Assembly (NCBI GenBank): GCA_963830935.1
Contig: CAWHOC010000012.1
Location: 4,475 to 68,474, forward strand
Length of the DNA: 64,000 nucleotides
Direction: 5' to 3'
DNA from: an uncultured bacterium
GTDB lineage: Bacteria; Patescibacteriota; Minisyncoccia; UBA6257; 2-01-FULL-56-20
Both the position numbers and the translations under genes were made by a program. The notes below the pieces were generated by a model. It searched no databases, had not been told where the DNA came from, and saw only the letters and a program-made list of their open reading frames with translations. The stretch's first letter is position 1; each line of letters opens with the position of its first letter. Positions 40,134 through 48,831 of this stretch are shown here, piece by piece.

Positions 40134-41285
40134 ATGACAACAAAAAAACTATCTGCGGTGCTTGTCGCGCTCCTCGCGGCCGCTTCCGCGTTTGTTCCCG
40201 TGCTGTTTCCCGTCGGCGTAGCAAACGCGGCATATCGGTTCTCGGATTTTCAGGGAAAGCCGCCGGTGCACATTTATCGGTCGGCCGAAAAGGCGCCTTC
40301 CGGAGTGTCGCCGGCGGAGATAAAAAAGATCTACGACCTTCCCGCGACTGGCGGGAAGGGGACGATCGCGCTCATCGATGCATACGACGACCCGAACATG
40401 GAGAGCGACCTCGCAGCGTTCGACAAACAGTACAATTTGCCGGCGTGTACCACGGCGAACGGGTGTTTTGAGAAGCATAAAATGGCGAGCTCGACCGCGG
40501 CGAACAGCGACTGGGCGATGGAGACATCACTCGACGTGGAGTGGGCGCACGCGATCGCACCGACTGCGAAAATATTATTGGTCGAGGCGAAGACGCCCTC
40601 GGGCGCGAATCTGATGAGCGCCGTGGATTACGCCGCGGCGCGGAAGGATGTCGTCGCGGTCTCAATGAGCTGGGGCGGCGCGGAATTTTCCGATGAGCTG
40701 GCGGAGGACTCGCACTTTGTCGGAAAGGCGAGCTCAAGCATCGCGTTCTTTGCATCGTCGGGCGATGACGGCACAGGCGCCAGCTGGCCCGCGTCCTCGC
40801 CGAACGTGATCGGCGTCGGCGGTACGTCGCTCGAGCTCGCGTCGAGCGGCGCGCTCGTCGCCGAGAGCGCATGGTCGGGGAGCGGCGGCGGCGTGAGCGC
40901 GTACGAAAAAGAGCCCGCGTGGCAGACGGCATACAAGATCTCGAAAGCGAACGGCATGCGCGCGATCCCGGATGTCTCGTATGACGCCGATCCGGCGTCG
41001 GGATATCCTGTCTACCTCACGACAGGCACCGGCAGCAAGGCCAAGGGTGCGTGGAACACCGTCGGCGGCACGAGCGCGGGCGCGCCGCAGTGGGCCGCGA
41101 TCCAGGCGCTCGGCGGTTCCGCCGCGCTCGCGAAGTTCTACACCGATAAGGCCTCCACGAGTACGCTCAAATATTTCCGCGACATCACGAGCGGTTCAAA
41201 CGGCACCTGTAAGTATTACTGTGACGCGCGCAAACGGTACGATTACGTGACGGGATTGGGCAGTCCGCAAACAACAAAGTTCTAA
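40134..41285 (+). CDS. secreted S53 (sedolisin/kumamolisin-like) serine peptidase
   Basis: Signal peptide, plus 'LDVEWAHAIAP', 'FFASSGDDG' and 'VGGTSAGAPQWAA'. Confidence 0.7.
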   Translation: MTTKKLSAVLVALLAAASAFVPVLFPVGVANAAYRFSDFQGKPPVHIYRSAEKAPSGVSPAEIKKIYDLPATGGKGTIALIDAYDDPNMESDLAAFDKQYNLPACTTANGCFEKHKMASSTAANSDWAMETSLDVEWAHAIAPTAKILLVEAKTPSGANLMSAVDYAAARKDVVAVSMSWGGAEFSDELAEDSHFVGKASSSIAFFASSGDDGTGASWPASSPNVIGVGGTSLELASSGALVAESAWSGSGGGVSAYEKEPAWQTAYKISKANGMRAIPDVSYDADPASGYPVYLTTGTGSKAKGAWNTVGGTSAGAPQWAAIQALGGSAALAKFYTDKASTSTLKYFRDITSGSNGTCKYYCDARKRYDYVTGLGSPQTTKF

Positions 41286-41297
41286 AGTATAAAAATG

Positions 41298-41327
41298 GGC
41301 CTTGGCGAAATCTGCCAAGGCCTCTTT
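41298..41327. terminator. hairpin between convergent genes
   Basis: GGCCTTGGC-GAAATCT-GCCAAGGCC, with AAAAA upstream and TCTTT downstream. Confidence 0.4.
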
Positions 41328-41345
41328 GCGTCGGTGGCGTCTTAT

Positions 41346-41612
41346 TTAGACGCTCACCTTCTTGAAGAAGATGGAGGAACCATGATCAGCGATGAATCCG
41401 CACTCCCCACATCCCATTTGTTGAGGGTTCTCGGGGTTTATCCTGGCCAGGGTTTTGCATGTCCGACAAACGTATTCCGGGGATTCGTTCCACCCCCTGA
41501 GCTTGGCGTCCGGCGCCCGGGTGCCGGAATGTTGTTCGGTAAGATAAATTGCTTTCATAGCCACCTCTTTTCTTGCCTGGGATAGTATAGCGGAAACCGG
41601 CTGTTTAGTCAA
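41346..41612 (-). CDS. small zinc-ribbon-like hypothetical protein
   Basis: 88-aa ORF with 'CRTC...CGEC'. The start may be the internal ATG (MKAIYL...). Confidence 0.4.
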   Translation of the reverse strand: MTKQPVSAILSQARKEVAMKAIYLTEQHSGTRAPDAKLRGWNESPEYVCRTCKTLARINPENPQQMGCGECGFIADHGSSIFFKKVSV

Positions 41613-41708
41613 TAATGGCGGCCCTTGCCGCTATGTATTTCTTCTCCGAAACATGCTAAAATACCTGTATTGCCGTAGCGGCATTTTTTAACGAAAACTC
41701 CAAGAAAA

Positions 41709-43868
41709 ATGGCCCAAGAATCAACAAAGCAAGAACCCAAAAAAGAAGCAAAAAAAGCGTCAAAAGCTCCGGTTAAAGCCGGAGCAAAAAATGACAACAA
41801 AGGCAGTGCAACATACGGCGCGAAGGATATCACCGTCCTCGAAGGGCTCGAGCCGGTACGGCTTCGTCCGGGCATGTACATCGGTTCCACGAGCGCGACC
41901 GGTCTGCATCACCTGATCTGGGAGATCGTGGATAACGGCATCGACGAGGCGATGGCGGGATTCGCGAAGAATATCACCGTGGAACTTTTACCCGAAAACA
42001 AAGTTCGCGTTTCGGACGACGGGCGCGGCATTCCGGTGGACATCCACCCTCAAACAAAGAAGTCCGCGCTCGAAACGATCATGACCGTGCTCCATGCCGG
42101 GGGAAAGTTCGGCGGCGAAGGATACAAGGTGTCCGGTGGTCTGCACGGCGTCGGCGCTTCCGTCGTGAACGCGCTTTCGTCGTGGGTAAAAGTAGAAGTG
42201 GAACGCGATGGGGGATCGTACGTGCAGGAATATAAGCGCGGCGTTCCGGAATATAAGGTAAAGAAGATCGGCGCATCCAAGCGTCATGGCACCAGGACCA
42301 CATTTTCTCCCGACCCCACGATTTTTTCAGAGATAGAGTTTAATGACAAAGTGATCCTCGAGCGTTTGCGCCAGCAGGCCTATCTCACGAAAGGCATCCG
42401 CATCAATTTCTATGATCGCCGCCTGGCGGTACCATATTTCTACGGCTTCTATTTTGAAGGTGGCGTGCTCTCGTACGTAAAGTTCCTTTCGCAGAAAAAG
42501 AACCGGCTGAACGAGGATATTTTCTACGTGGAGAAGGAGGCGGAGAAGTTGGATATTGAAGCGGCGTTTTTGTATGTGGACGACGTGCGTGTAGTTGAGA
42601 TGAGCTTCGCAAATAATATCTTTACGCCGGAAGGAGGTATGCATCTCACCGGATTCCGTTCGGCGCTCACGCGCACTTTGAACAACTTCGCGCGCGCGGA
42701 AGGATATCTAAAAGAGAAGGAAGAAAACCTGACGGCCGACGACGTCCGCGAGGGATTGATCGCCGTCATCTCAGTAAAGCTCCGCGACCCGCAGTTCGAG
42801 GGCCAGACGAAAGCCAAGCTTGGCAATCCGGAGGCGCGCACCGCGACGGAAGCCGTCATCAACGAGGCGCTTAAGGAATTTTTGGAGAAGCATCCGCAGG
42901 AGGGCAAGGCGATCATCCAAAAAGTTATTTTGACCGCGAAGGCGCGGCTCGCGGCAAAGGCAGCGCGCGAAACGGTGCTGCGCAAAGGCGCGTTCGAGGG
43001 ACTCACACTGCCGGGCAAGCTCGCGGACTGCACGTCCAAGATCGCGGCCGAGTCCGAGCTATTTATAGTAGAGGGAGATTCGGCAGGAGGCACGGCAAAG
43101 CAGGGCCGCAACCGCCACACGCAGGCGATCCTTCCGCTGCGCGGCAAGCCGCTCAACGTGGAGCGCGCGCGCCTGGACAAGATGCTCGCGAACGCGGAGG
43201 TCCGCTCGCTCGTCATCGCGATCGGCACCGCGATCGGCGAGGAGTTCAGCATCGACAAGCTGCGCTATCACAAGATCATCATCATGACGGATGCGGACGT
43301 TGATGGCGCGCACATCCGCACGCTGCTCCTCACGTTGTTCTATCGCTATTTCCGCGAAGTGGTGGACGGCGGCTATGTGTACATCGCCCAACCGCCGCTC
43401 TATCGCATCCAGCTTGGAAAGAACATCAAGTATGCGTTCTCTGATGAGGAGAAAGATAAAGTGATCGTGGAGATGCAGAAGCTCGCGCCGGCAGCGGCAG
43501 CCACGAAGGGCGCCAAGGGCGCAGCGGCAAAGAAAGGAGGCAAAAAAGCGGAGACGCTCGCGGAGCTTGCCGATCTCGCTGCGGAAGAAAATGCGGCGGA
43601 GGGTGAAGCGCCTGAGGGCGTCACCGAGGGCCAGGGTGACGGAAAGCGCCAGCCGAACATCCAGCGCTACAAGGGTCTCGGTGAAATGAACGCGGAGCAG
43701 CTCTGGGAGACCACGATGAATCCGGAAGTACGCTTGATGAAGCAGGTGATGGTGGACGACGCTGAAAAAGCGGACAAACTTTTCGACACACTCATGGGCG
43801 ACGCCGTGGAGCCGCGCAAGAACTTCATCCAGTCCCACGCCGCGACGGTGCAGAATCTCGATGTCTAG
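41709..43868 (+). CDS. gyrB: DNA gyrase subunit B
   Basis: Intact 719-aa ORF with 'LEGLEPVRLRPGMYIGS', 'GGLHGVGASVVNALS', 'EGDSAGG', 'MTDADVDGAHI' and 'QRYKGLGEMN'. Confidence 0.95.
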   Translation: MAQESTKQEPKKEAKKASKAPVKAGAKNDNKGSATYGAKDITVLEGLEPVRLRPGMYIGSTSATGLHHLIWEIVDNGIDEAMAGFAKNITVELLPENKVRVSDDGRGIPVDIHPQTKKSALETIMTVLHAGGKFGGEGYKVSGGLHGVGASVVNALSSWVKVEVERDGGSYVQEYKRGVPEYKVKKIGASKRHGTRTTFSPDPTIFSEIEFNDKVILERLRQQAYLTKGIRINFYDRRLAVPYFYGFYFEGGVLSYVKFLSQKKNRLNEDIFYVEKEAEKLDIEAAFLYVDDVRVVEMSFANNIFTPEGGMHLTGFRSALTRTLNNFARAEGYLKEKEENLTADDVREGLIAVISVKLRDPQFEGQTKAKLGNPEARTATEAVINEALKEFLEKHPQEGKAIIQKVILTAKARLAAKAARETVLRKGAFEGLTLPGKLADCTSKIAAESELFIVEGDSAGGTAKQGRNRHTQAILPLRGKPLNVERARLDKMLANAEVRSLVIAIGTAIGEEFSIDKLRYHKIIIMTDADVDGAHIRTLLLTLFYRYFREVVDGGYVYIAQPPLYRIQLGKNIKYAFSDEEKDKVIVEMQKLAPAAAATKGAKGAAAKKGGKKAETLAELADLAAEENAAEGEAPEGVTEGQGDGKRQPNIQRYKGLGEMNAEQLWETTMNPEVRLMKQVMVDDAEKADKLFDTLMGDAVEPRKNFIQSHAATVQNLDV

Positions 43869-44661
43869 AAAGATGATTAAAGAATCATTTAATAACCCCG
43901 AGAGTCGCCAAGAAGAAGATAGGAAAACACTTGAGGCTACAAAAGAAGCCGTAATTAACCTCGGACTTTTCGATAAGGAATATCTTGATAGTCTGAATTA
44001 TCATTTTCTCGATAATACCGGGACCGTGGAAGCTTCTACAGAGGATGATCCCCAGCGCGATGTTTATATTCCGCCGCAAGCGATGATGGATATGGCGTTG
44101 AATAGAGAATGGTGGGGCGACAGATCGGCAGTAACGAGAATTCCGTACATCTGGTTTGGGAAGGAGGATACTGCCACGTGGAAGAAAATGGGAAAACTCG
44201 ATGCAACAATCGCACACGAGCTGGGCCATCCCAAATCTCATAGACTATTTCCCGACGATGGGGCATTTCCTTCCGAAGCATTCAAAAAGAATATTCTCGC
44301 GATGGACAAGACGGAATTGGGAAATACGCCCGGCTTGGATTTTAATAAGTTCGAGTATTCTATCGACGAATGGTCGGAGATCTATGCCGACATGTATAAA
44401 CGCGAATATTTACGAAGGGTATCACCCGAAGGGGAGGATCTTATCCGATCCTACGACGAGCGCATATACCAGTCGGCACGGGATTTGAAAAAAGCGGCGA
44501 AAGATATAAGCGAAGAATTCCAAATAGAGATAGCCCCCGATTTAATCTATCAAGATGTGCACGTACTCGTGTATCTTTTGGCGGGAGTTATAGAAAAACA
44601 GCACCCTGATTTTGATGAAAGGATGAAATATGTGGAATCGTTAGGCAGGGAGTCGGAATAA
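43861..44661 (+). CDS. hypothetical HExxH protein (ImmA/IrrE-like metallopeptidase candidate)
   Basis: Intact 266-aa ORF with 'ATIAHELGHPKSH'. Low-GC region. Overlaps the gyrB stop by 8 nt. Confidence 0.45.
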   Translation: MSRKMIKESFNNPESRQEEDRKTLEATKEAVINLGLFDKEYLDSLNYHFLDNTGTVEASTEDDPQRDVYIPPQAMMDMALNREWWGDRSAVTRIPYIWFGKEDTATWKKMGKLDATIAHELGHPKSHRLFPDDGAFPSEAFKKNILAMDKTELGNTPGLDFNKFEYSIDEWSEIYADMYKREYLRRVSPEGEDLIRSYDERIYQSARDLKKAAKDISEEFQIEIAPDLIYQDVHVLVYLLAGVIEKQHPDFDERMKYVESLGRESE

Positions 44662-44686
44662 CGGGAATTTCATAGGCAAAATTTGT

Positions 44687-45073
44687 TCAAGCCTCATCTA
44701 CGTTGTCCGCTGAAGTGCGGCTTCGTATTCGACGTAACTTCAAAATTTTTCCTACCCATCGCAATGGAAATGGAAATGCGGCAGATTTCCATCGCGTGCG
44801 CCAGATATATTTTTGGGTCTCGGCGACGTTCCGTGAGTTATTGCATCGCGGACATGCGATTACGAGCGTCTGTGTTTTCATCCGAACATCTTCTCGGGGT
44901 TGCATGAATGACGAAATAAGATGGTCGATGGTGGGATAATCCTCGGGCATGAATTTGAAGCCATTTTTACCATAGCCCGGATAAAGGGTTAACGGCCGTC
45001 GACACCAGTGGCAATGCGGATCTTTGCGCATAAGTTTTTCCCGACGCTTTCGATAATATCCCGGTGGTGGCAT
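44687..45073 (-). CDS. HNH endonuclease
   Basis: 128-aa ORF with 'CHWCRRPL...DYPTIDHLIS...CPRCNNSRN'. Confidence 0.65.
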   Translation of the reverse strand: MPPPGYYRKRREKLMRKDPHCHWCRRPLTLYPGYGKNGFKFMPEDYPTIDHLISSFMQPREDVRMKTQTLVIACPRCNNSRNVAETQKYIWRTRWKSAAFPFPLRWVGKILKLRRIRSRTSADNVDEA

Positions 45074-45096
45074 ATCAAAGTCATACCATAATGCAC

Positions 45097-45147
45097 ATTA
45101 AAAAATCATTAAAAAGTTTTTGACTTTTATCTCCTGGAGATTAGAAT
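45097..45147 (+). promoter_or_regulatory. promoter-like block, copy 2 (TTGACT 45120..45125, TAGAAT 45142..45147)
   Basis: 34-nt exact copy of 36695..36728. The -10 box overlaps ATG 45146, so the real start of the next gene may be ATG 45185. Confidence 0.35.
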
Positions 45148-45577
45148 GATGGTTGAAATCCGCCCATACACAACATCGTGGTATATGATAAAAGAGCCCA
45201 ACGGAGATATAATCTTTGAGCGGGGAAGTAATAGATACGTTTTTGATGCGTATAACTATAAGAGTCATTGCCTAAGGCATCCGAAGATCATACACGATAA
45301 GCATCTGGCGGAGATTGAAGGTGCGTTATGCGATCCCGACGTTACGACCCAATCACGGCGCAAAGGTCGGTATATCTCAAGCGAACGTATATATTATAAG
45401 GTTCAATCATATCAGAACAATCGCAGTGGCACCTTCGTAAGGGCGTGGAAGATCGTGGTATACTTGAAACAAGGAGGCGGAACTATCGCTACTGCGTATG
45501 AAGTGAATGCCTTAAACTCGCAACTTATTCATTATCTGGAAAAAGTATTATGGAGAAAACCAAATTCACTGATCTAA
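45146..45577 (+). CDS. hypothetical protein, BECR-fold RNase-toxin-like pattern (speculative)
   Basis: 'HCLRHPKIIHDKHLAEIEGALCDPDVTT...YYK...AWKIVVYLKQGGGTIATAYEVN'. Overlaps the next ORF by 28 nt. Confidence 0.4.
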   Translation: MMVEIRPYTTSWYMIKEPNGDIIFERGSNRYVFDAYNYKSHCLRHPKIIHDKHLAEIEGALCDPDVTTQSRRKGRYISSERIYYKVQSYQNNRSGTFVRAWKIVVYLKQGGGTIATAYEVNALNSQLIHYLEKVLWRKPNSLI

Positions 45578-45993
45578 TAGACAGCCTTGGCGCCATCGCC
45601 GCCAAAAATAAATGGACGCCTTATTATGATAAGAAGCTGGATTCTTTTTATTGGCACCAAACCCCCCTCTCTTCCGATTCAAACTTAGTAAAAATTTCCC
45701 ACGAGACATCCGTATATGTAAGTGCAAAAGGGAATATCGAGGGACTATTCGTGGAATATCTGAAGAACAATTTGGTCGAACACAATCCGATCTTTAAAAA
45801 TTTACCGGGGTCTTTTAAAGAGAGGGTCGATGATTCGTTGTCCACTATTCCTAAAGGCGATAGAAGCAAAATGCAGGTTCAGCTACTTTCGTTAATGGAG
45901 TCCATAAAAGCGGACATATATAAAGACGCGGTTGAAAATCAATATTCAACAGCCGAGTTGGCCGGGTTAGTTTCGTTTGCGGGCAGATCATAG
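45550..45993 (+). CDS. hypothetical protein, DUF2283-like antitoxin pattern (speculative)
   Basis: 'YYDKKLDSFYWH...SVYVSAKGNIEGLFVEYL' resembles the YD-x-x-x-D-x-x-Y...G-x-I-x-G core. Confidence 0.4.
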   Translation: MEKTKFTDLIDSLGAIAAKNKWTPYYDKKLDSFYWHQTPLSSDSNLVKISHETSVYVSAKGNIEGLFVEYLKNNLVEHNPIFKNLPGSFKERVDDSLSTIPKGDRSKMQVQLLSLMESIKADIYKDAVENQYSTAELAGLVSFAGRS

Positions 45994-46011
45994 GGACAAA
46001 GCGTGTCCCGG

Positions 46012-46040
46012 TTGACGCCAAGCCCTGCCAGTGCTACACT
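46012..46040 (+). promoter_or_regulatory. sigma70-like promoter for secE-nusG (TTGACG-17 nt-TACACT)
   Basis: -35 at 46012..46017 and -10 at 46035..46040, about 65 nt upstream of the secE ATG. Confidence 0.35.
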
Positions 46041-46105
46041 CTTATTACCTCCAACCGCGAGTATAGCGGTATTTTAATTGGGAAAAACAGCGTACAACAG
46101 AAATC

Positions 46106-46294
46106 ATGTTCGCCCGGATAAAAAAATTCTTCAGTGAGGCGCAAAACGAGATCCGCCACGTCAATTGGCCGACCCGCCAAGAGGCAACCCGCCTCACCCT
46201 CATCGTCATCGGGATCGCCGTCGGCCTCGCGATCTTTTTGGGCTCGTTCGATTATCTTTTCTCGTATTTGATAAAGAATTTTATTTTGGCGTAA
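46106..46294 (+). CDS. secE: preprotein translocase subunit SecE
   Basis: 62 aa with 'FFSEAQNEIRHVNWPTRQE' and a single TM. Precedes nusG. Confidence 0.8.
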   Translation: MFARIKKFFSEAQNEIRHVNWPTRQEATRLTLIVIGIAVGLAIFLGSFDYLFSYLIKNFILA

Positions 46295-46312
46295 TATATA
46301 GAGTAGGTCACT

Positions 46313-46885
46313 ATGGCACTTAACCATCCAAGTTCAGGCACACAGAACGAAAAACCGGCGGTACGGCAATGGTACGCCGTGCAGACGTATTCGGGTTACG
46401 AAGAGGCGGTCTCGCGCTATCTGAAGCAGCGCGTTGAATCGCTCGCGATGGGTGACAAGATTTTTAATATCCTCGTTCCGAAGGAGAAAAAGATAAAAGT
46501 GAAGGCAGGCAAGCGCACGACTGTTGAGGAGAAGATCTATCCGGGCTACGTGCTCGTGGAGATGATCCTCACCGAGGATTCGTGGTACGTGGTGCGCAAC
46601 ACGCCGCGCGTGACCGGCTTCGTCGGTCCCGATAACACGACGCCGACGCCGCTTTCCAAGGACGAGGTGGACTTCCTCCTCGCGCGCACCGGCGAGGGCG
46701 ACAAGAAGATGATCCTTGACTTGAAGGTAGGCGATCTGGTAAAAATAACCGACGGTCCGTTCAAGGAATACGACGGCAAGATCTCCGAAGTGAACGAAGA
46801 GAAGGGGAGCATCAAGGTATTGGTGCCCATCTTCGGCCGGGACACCGCAGTAGAGCTGGATTCGCTCCAGGTAAGGAAAGTATAG
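46313..46885 (+). CDS. nusG: transcription termination/antitermination factor NusG
   Basis: 'WYAVQTYSGYEE', a KOW region 'VGDLVKITDGPFKEYDGKISEV' and 'IFGRDTAVELD'. Confidence 0.9.
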   Translation: MALNHPSSGTQNEKPAVRQWYAVQTYSGYEEAVSRYLKQRVESLAMGDKIFNILVPKEKKIKVKAGKRTTVEEKIYPGYVLVEMILTEDSWYVVRNTPRVTGFVGPDNTTPTPLSKDEVDFLLARTGEGDKKMILDLKVGDLVKITDGPFKEYDGKISEVNEEKGSIKVLVPIFGRDTAVELDSLQVRKV

Positions 46886-46921
46886 TAACCAGGTCACCTA
46901 GTAACAAATTACAAGAACAAT

Positions 46922-47137
46922 ATGGCCCCCACAACCGCCCAGCAGTGCTTTTTCTGCTCGCAGAACCTAAAGAACATCGACTACAAAGAGATCGACCTTT
47001 TGCGCCGCTTCGTTTCGAGCCAGGCAAAGATCATCGACCCGCGCCACACGCATATCTGCGCCAAGCATCAGCGCAAGCTTTCGACCGCCATCAAGCAGGC
47101 CAGGTTCATGGCACTCCTTCCATACGTTCGTAAATAA
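46922..47137 (+). CDS. rpsR: 30S ribosomal protein S18
   Basis: 'CFFCSQNLKNIDYKEIDLLRRFVSSQAKIIDPRHTHICAKHQRKLSTAIKQARFMALLPY'. Confidence 0.85.
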   Translation: MAPTTAQQCFFCSQNLKNIDYKEIDLLRRFVSSQAKIIDPRHTHICAKHQRKLSTAIKQARFMALLPYVRK

Positions 47138-47145
47138 TATAAATG

Positions 47146-47171
47146 AAAACGCCCCGTATAGGGGCGTTTTT
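47146..47171 (+). terminator. rho-independent terminator
   Basis: AAAACGCCCC-GTATA-GGGGCGTTTTT. Confidence 0.6.
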
Positions 47172-47185
47172 GTTATAATCGTGAT

Positions 47186-47632
47186 ATGACCCCATTGGAT
47201 TTCCTTATCATTAACCTTGCACTCGGTTTTTATAATGTTGGAACAATATGGGCAATGGAAGTGGATATTTTTCGATCGTGGAAATCCATTGGCGTGGATT
47301 TTCATACTGTCCAGGAAGTGCATTGGAAAAAACTTCCATACTGGATATTTACGCCGGTAGCGCTCGCGCTTATCGGCTCGATCGCGCTTTTCTGGTATCA
47401 CCCTGTAAATTCTCCTGTTTGGGCGATTTGGGGCGTTTTTATTTTACAGGTGATCTCGCTGGTGCTTACTGCGATCTTTTGGGGGCAGTGGCAGGCAAAG
47501 TTGAGCAAGGACCCGCTCGGGTCGCAAAGCCCGTATCTTGCAAAAATATTAAGAACGCATTGGGCGCGCACGCTTCTCATCAATCTTTACGCATTCATTC
47601 TTCTCGTGTGGGTATTGCTGTCCGTACGGTAG
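47186..47632 (+). CDS. hypothetical 4-TM membrane protein
   Basis: Intact 148-aa hydrophobic ORF. Confidence 0.5.
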   Translation: MTPLDFLIINLALGFYNVGTIWAMEVDIFRSWKSIGVDFHTVQEVHWKKLPYWIFTPVALALIGSIALFWYHPVNSPVWAIWGVFILQVISLVLTAIFWGQWQAKLSKDPLGSQSPYLAKILRTHWARTLLINLYAFILLVWVLLSVR

Positions 47633-47655
47633 AGCGGATGCTATAATAGACGAAT

Positions 47656-48194
47656 ATGTTCGCGCTCAACCAGGGCTGTTTCCGTTCTTTTATGCCGCCG
47701 GGCATCATAACGCATTCTGGGATGTGCTTGCGATATTCTTTGCCGAATACCTGCCGTACCTGCTCGTGCTCGCGTTTCTGGTGCTCGTGTATTACCAAAA
47801 GGGATGGCGGCGGAAGGTATATCTTTTTTGCGAGGCGGCGCTTGCGATCATTCTTGCGCGCGGGATCGTGACGACGGCCATCCACTATTTCTATCACGAG
47901 CCGCGCCCGTTCGTGTTCTACAACTTCACGCCGCTCGTGAGCGAGAGCGGGTCGTCGTTCCCGTCGGCGCACGCCGCGTGGTTCTTCGCGCTCGCGCTCG
48001 TCGTTTTGTTCGCCAATCGCAAGTGGGGCTGTTGGTTTCTCGCGCTCGCGGTGCTTATGGGCATCGCGCGGATCTACGCCGGCGTGCATTGGCCGATGGA
48101 CATCGTGGGCGGCGCGGCGCTTGGCTTGCTGTGCGCGTGGTTCATTCACTGGTTGCTCGCGGGAAGTAGGAAGGGGTTGGAGAGAAATATCTAA
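47656..48194 (+). CDS. PAP2-family phosphatase (undecaprenyl-diphosphatase-like), frame break ~47675
   Basis: 'YHEPRPF', 'SFPSAHAA', 'ARIYAGVHWPMDIVGG'. The N-terminus MFALNQG/LFPFFYAAGHHNAFWDVLAIFFAEYL spans two frames. Confidence 0.7.
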
Positions 48195-48200
48195 TAGAAT

Positions 48201-48826
48201 ATGGCAAAGGCGGTCATCTTTGACGTGGACGGGGTGCTGCTCGATTCCTTTGAGGCAAATTTTGAATTCTTTAAAAATCTAATGACAGAAGCGGGATATA
48301 AAGCTCCCACCCGAAAGGAGTATGCGCCCTTATTCCATAGAACCTTTCACGACATCGTACAGATTCTTACCGGCCTCAAGAACGAAGCGGATATAAAAAA
48401 AGTCTGCGATATGGTGGAGGTCGTTGACGGGCCGCCGCCGATCATTTCTCCCCGGGCGTGCCGGAAACAATAAAAATATTGAGCGAAGAATATCCGCTGG
48501 CGGTCGTCACGAGCAGGATCAAAGCATATGCCTATGAGCCCCCGCTCAATACTCTAGAGCATTATTTCAAGGTGACCATCGCGTATGAGGATACCAAGAA
48601 TCATAAGCCCGATCCCGAGCCGCTTATTCTTGCCGCAAAGCAGCTTGGTGTGCGGCCGGACGAATGCGTGTATGTCGGCGATGTGGAAAATGATATGAAA
48701 GCGGCGCATGGGGCGGGGATGAAATTCATTCTTTATTCCAAAGAGAGTGTGAACGGAGCGGAAATGAGAACGGCGGATTTTAAGGAACTACCCGGTTTGA
48801 TCCGATCAATTCAATTGAATAAATAA
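48201..48826 (+). CDS. HAD-IA family hydrolase (frame break ~48445)
   Basis: 'AVIFDVDGVLLDS', 'LAVVTSR', 'KPDPEPL', 'VYVGDVENDMKAAHGAGM'. Confidence 0.7.
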
Positions 48827-48831
48827 TTACA

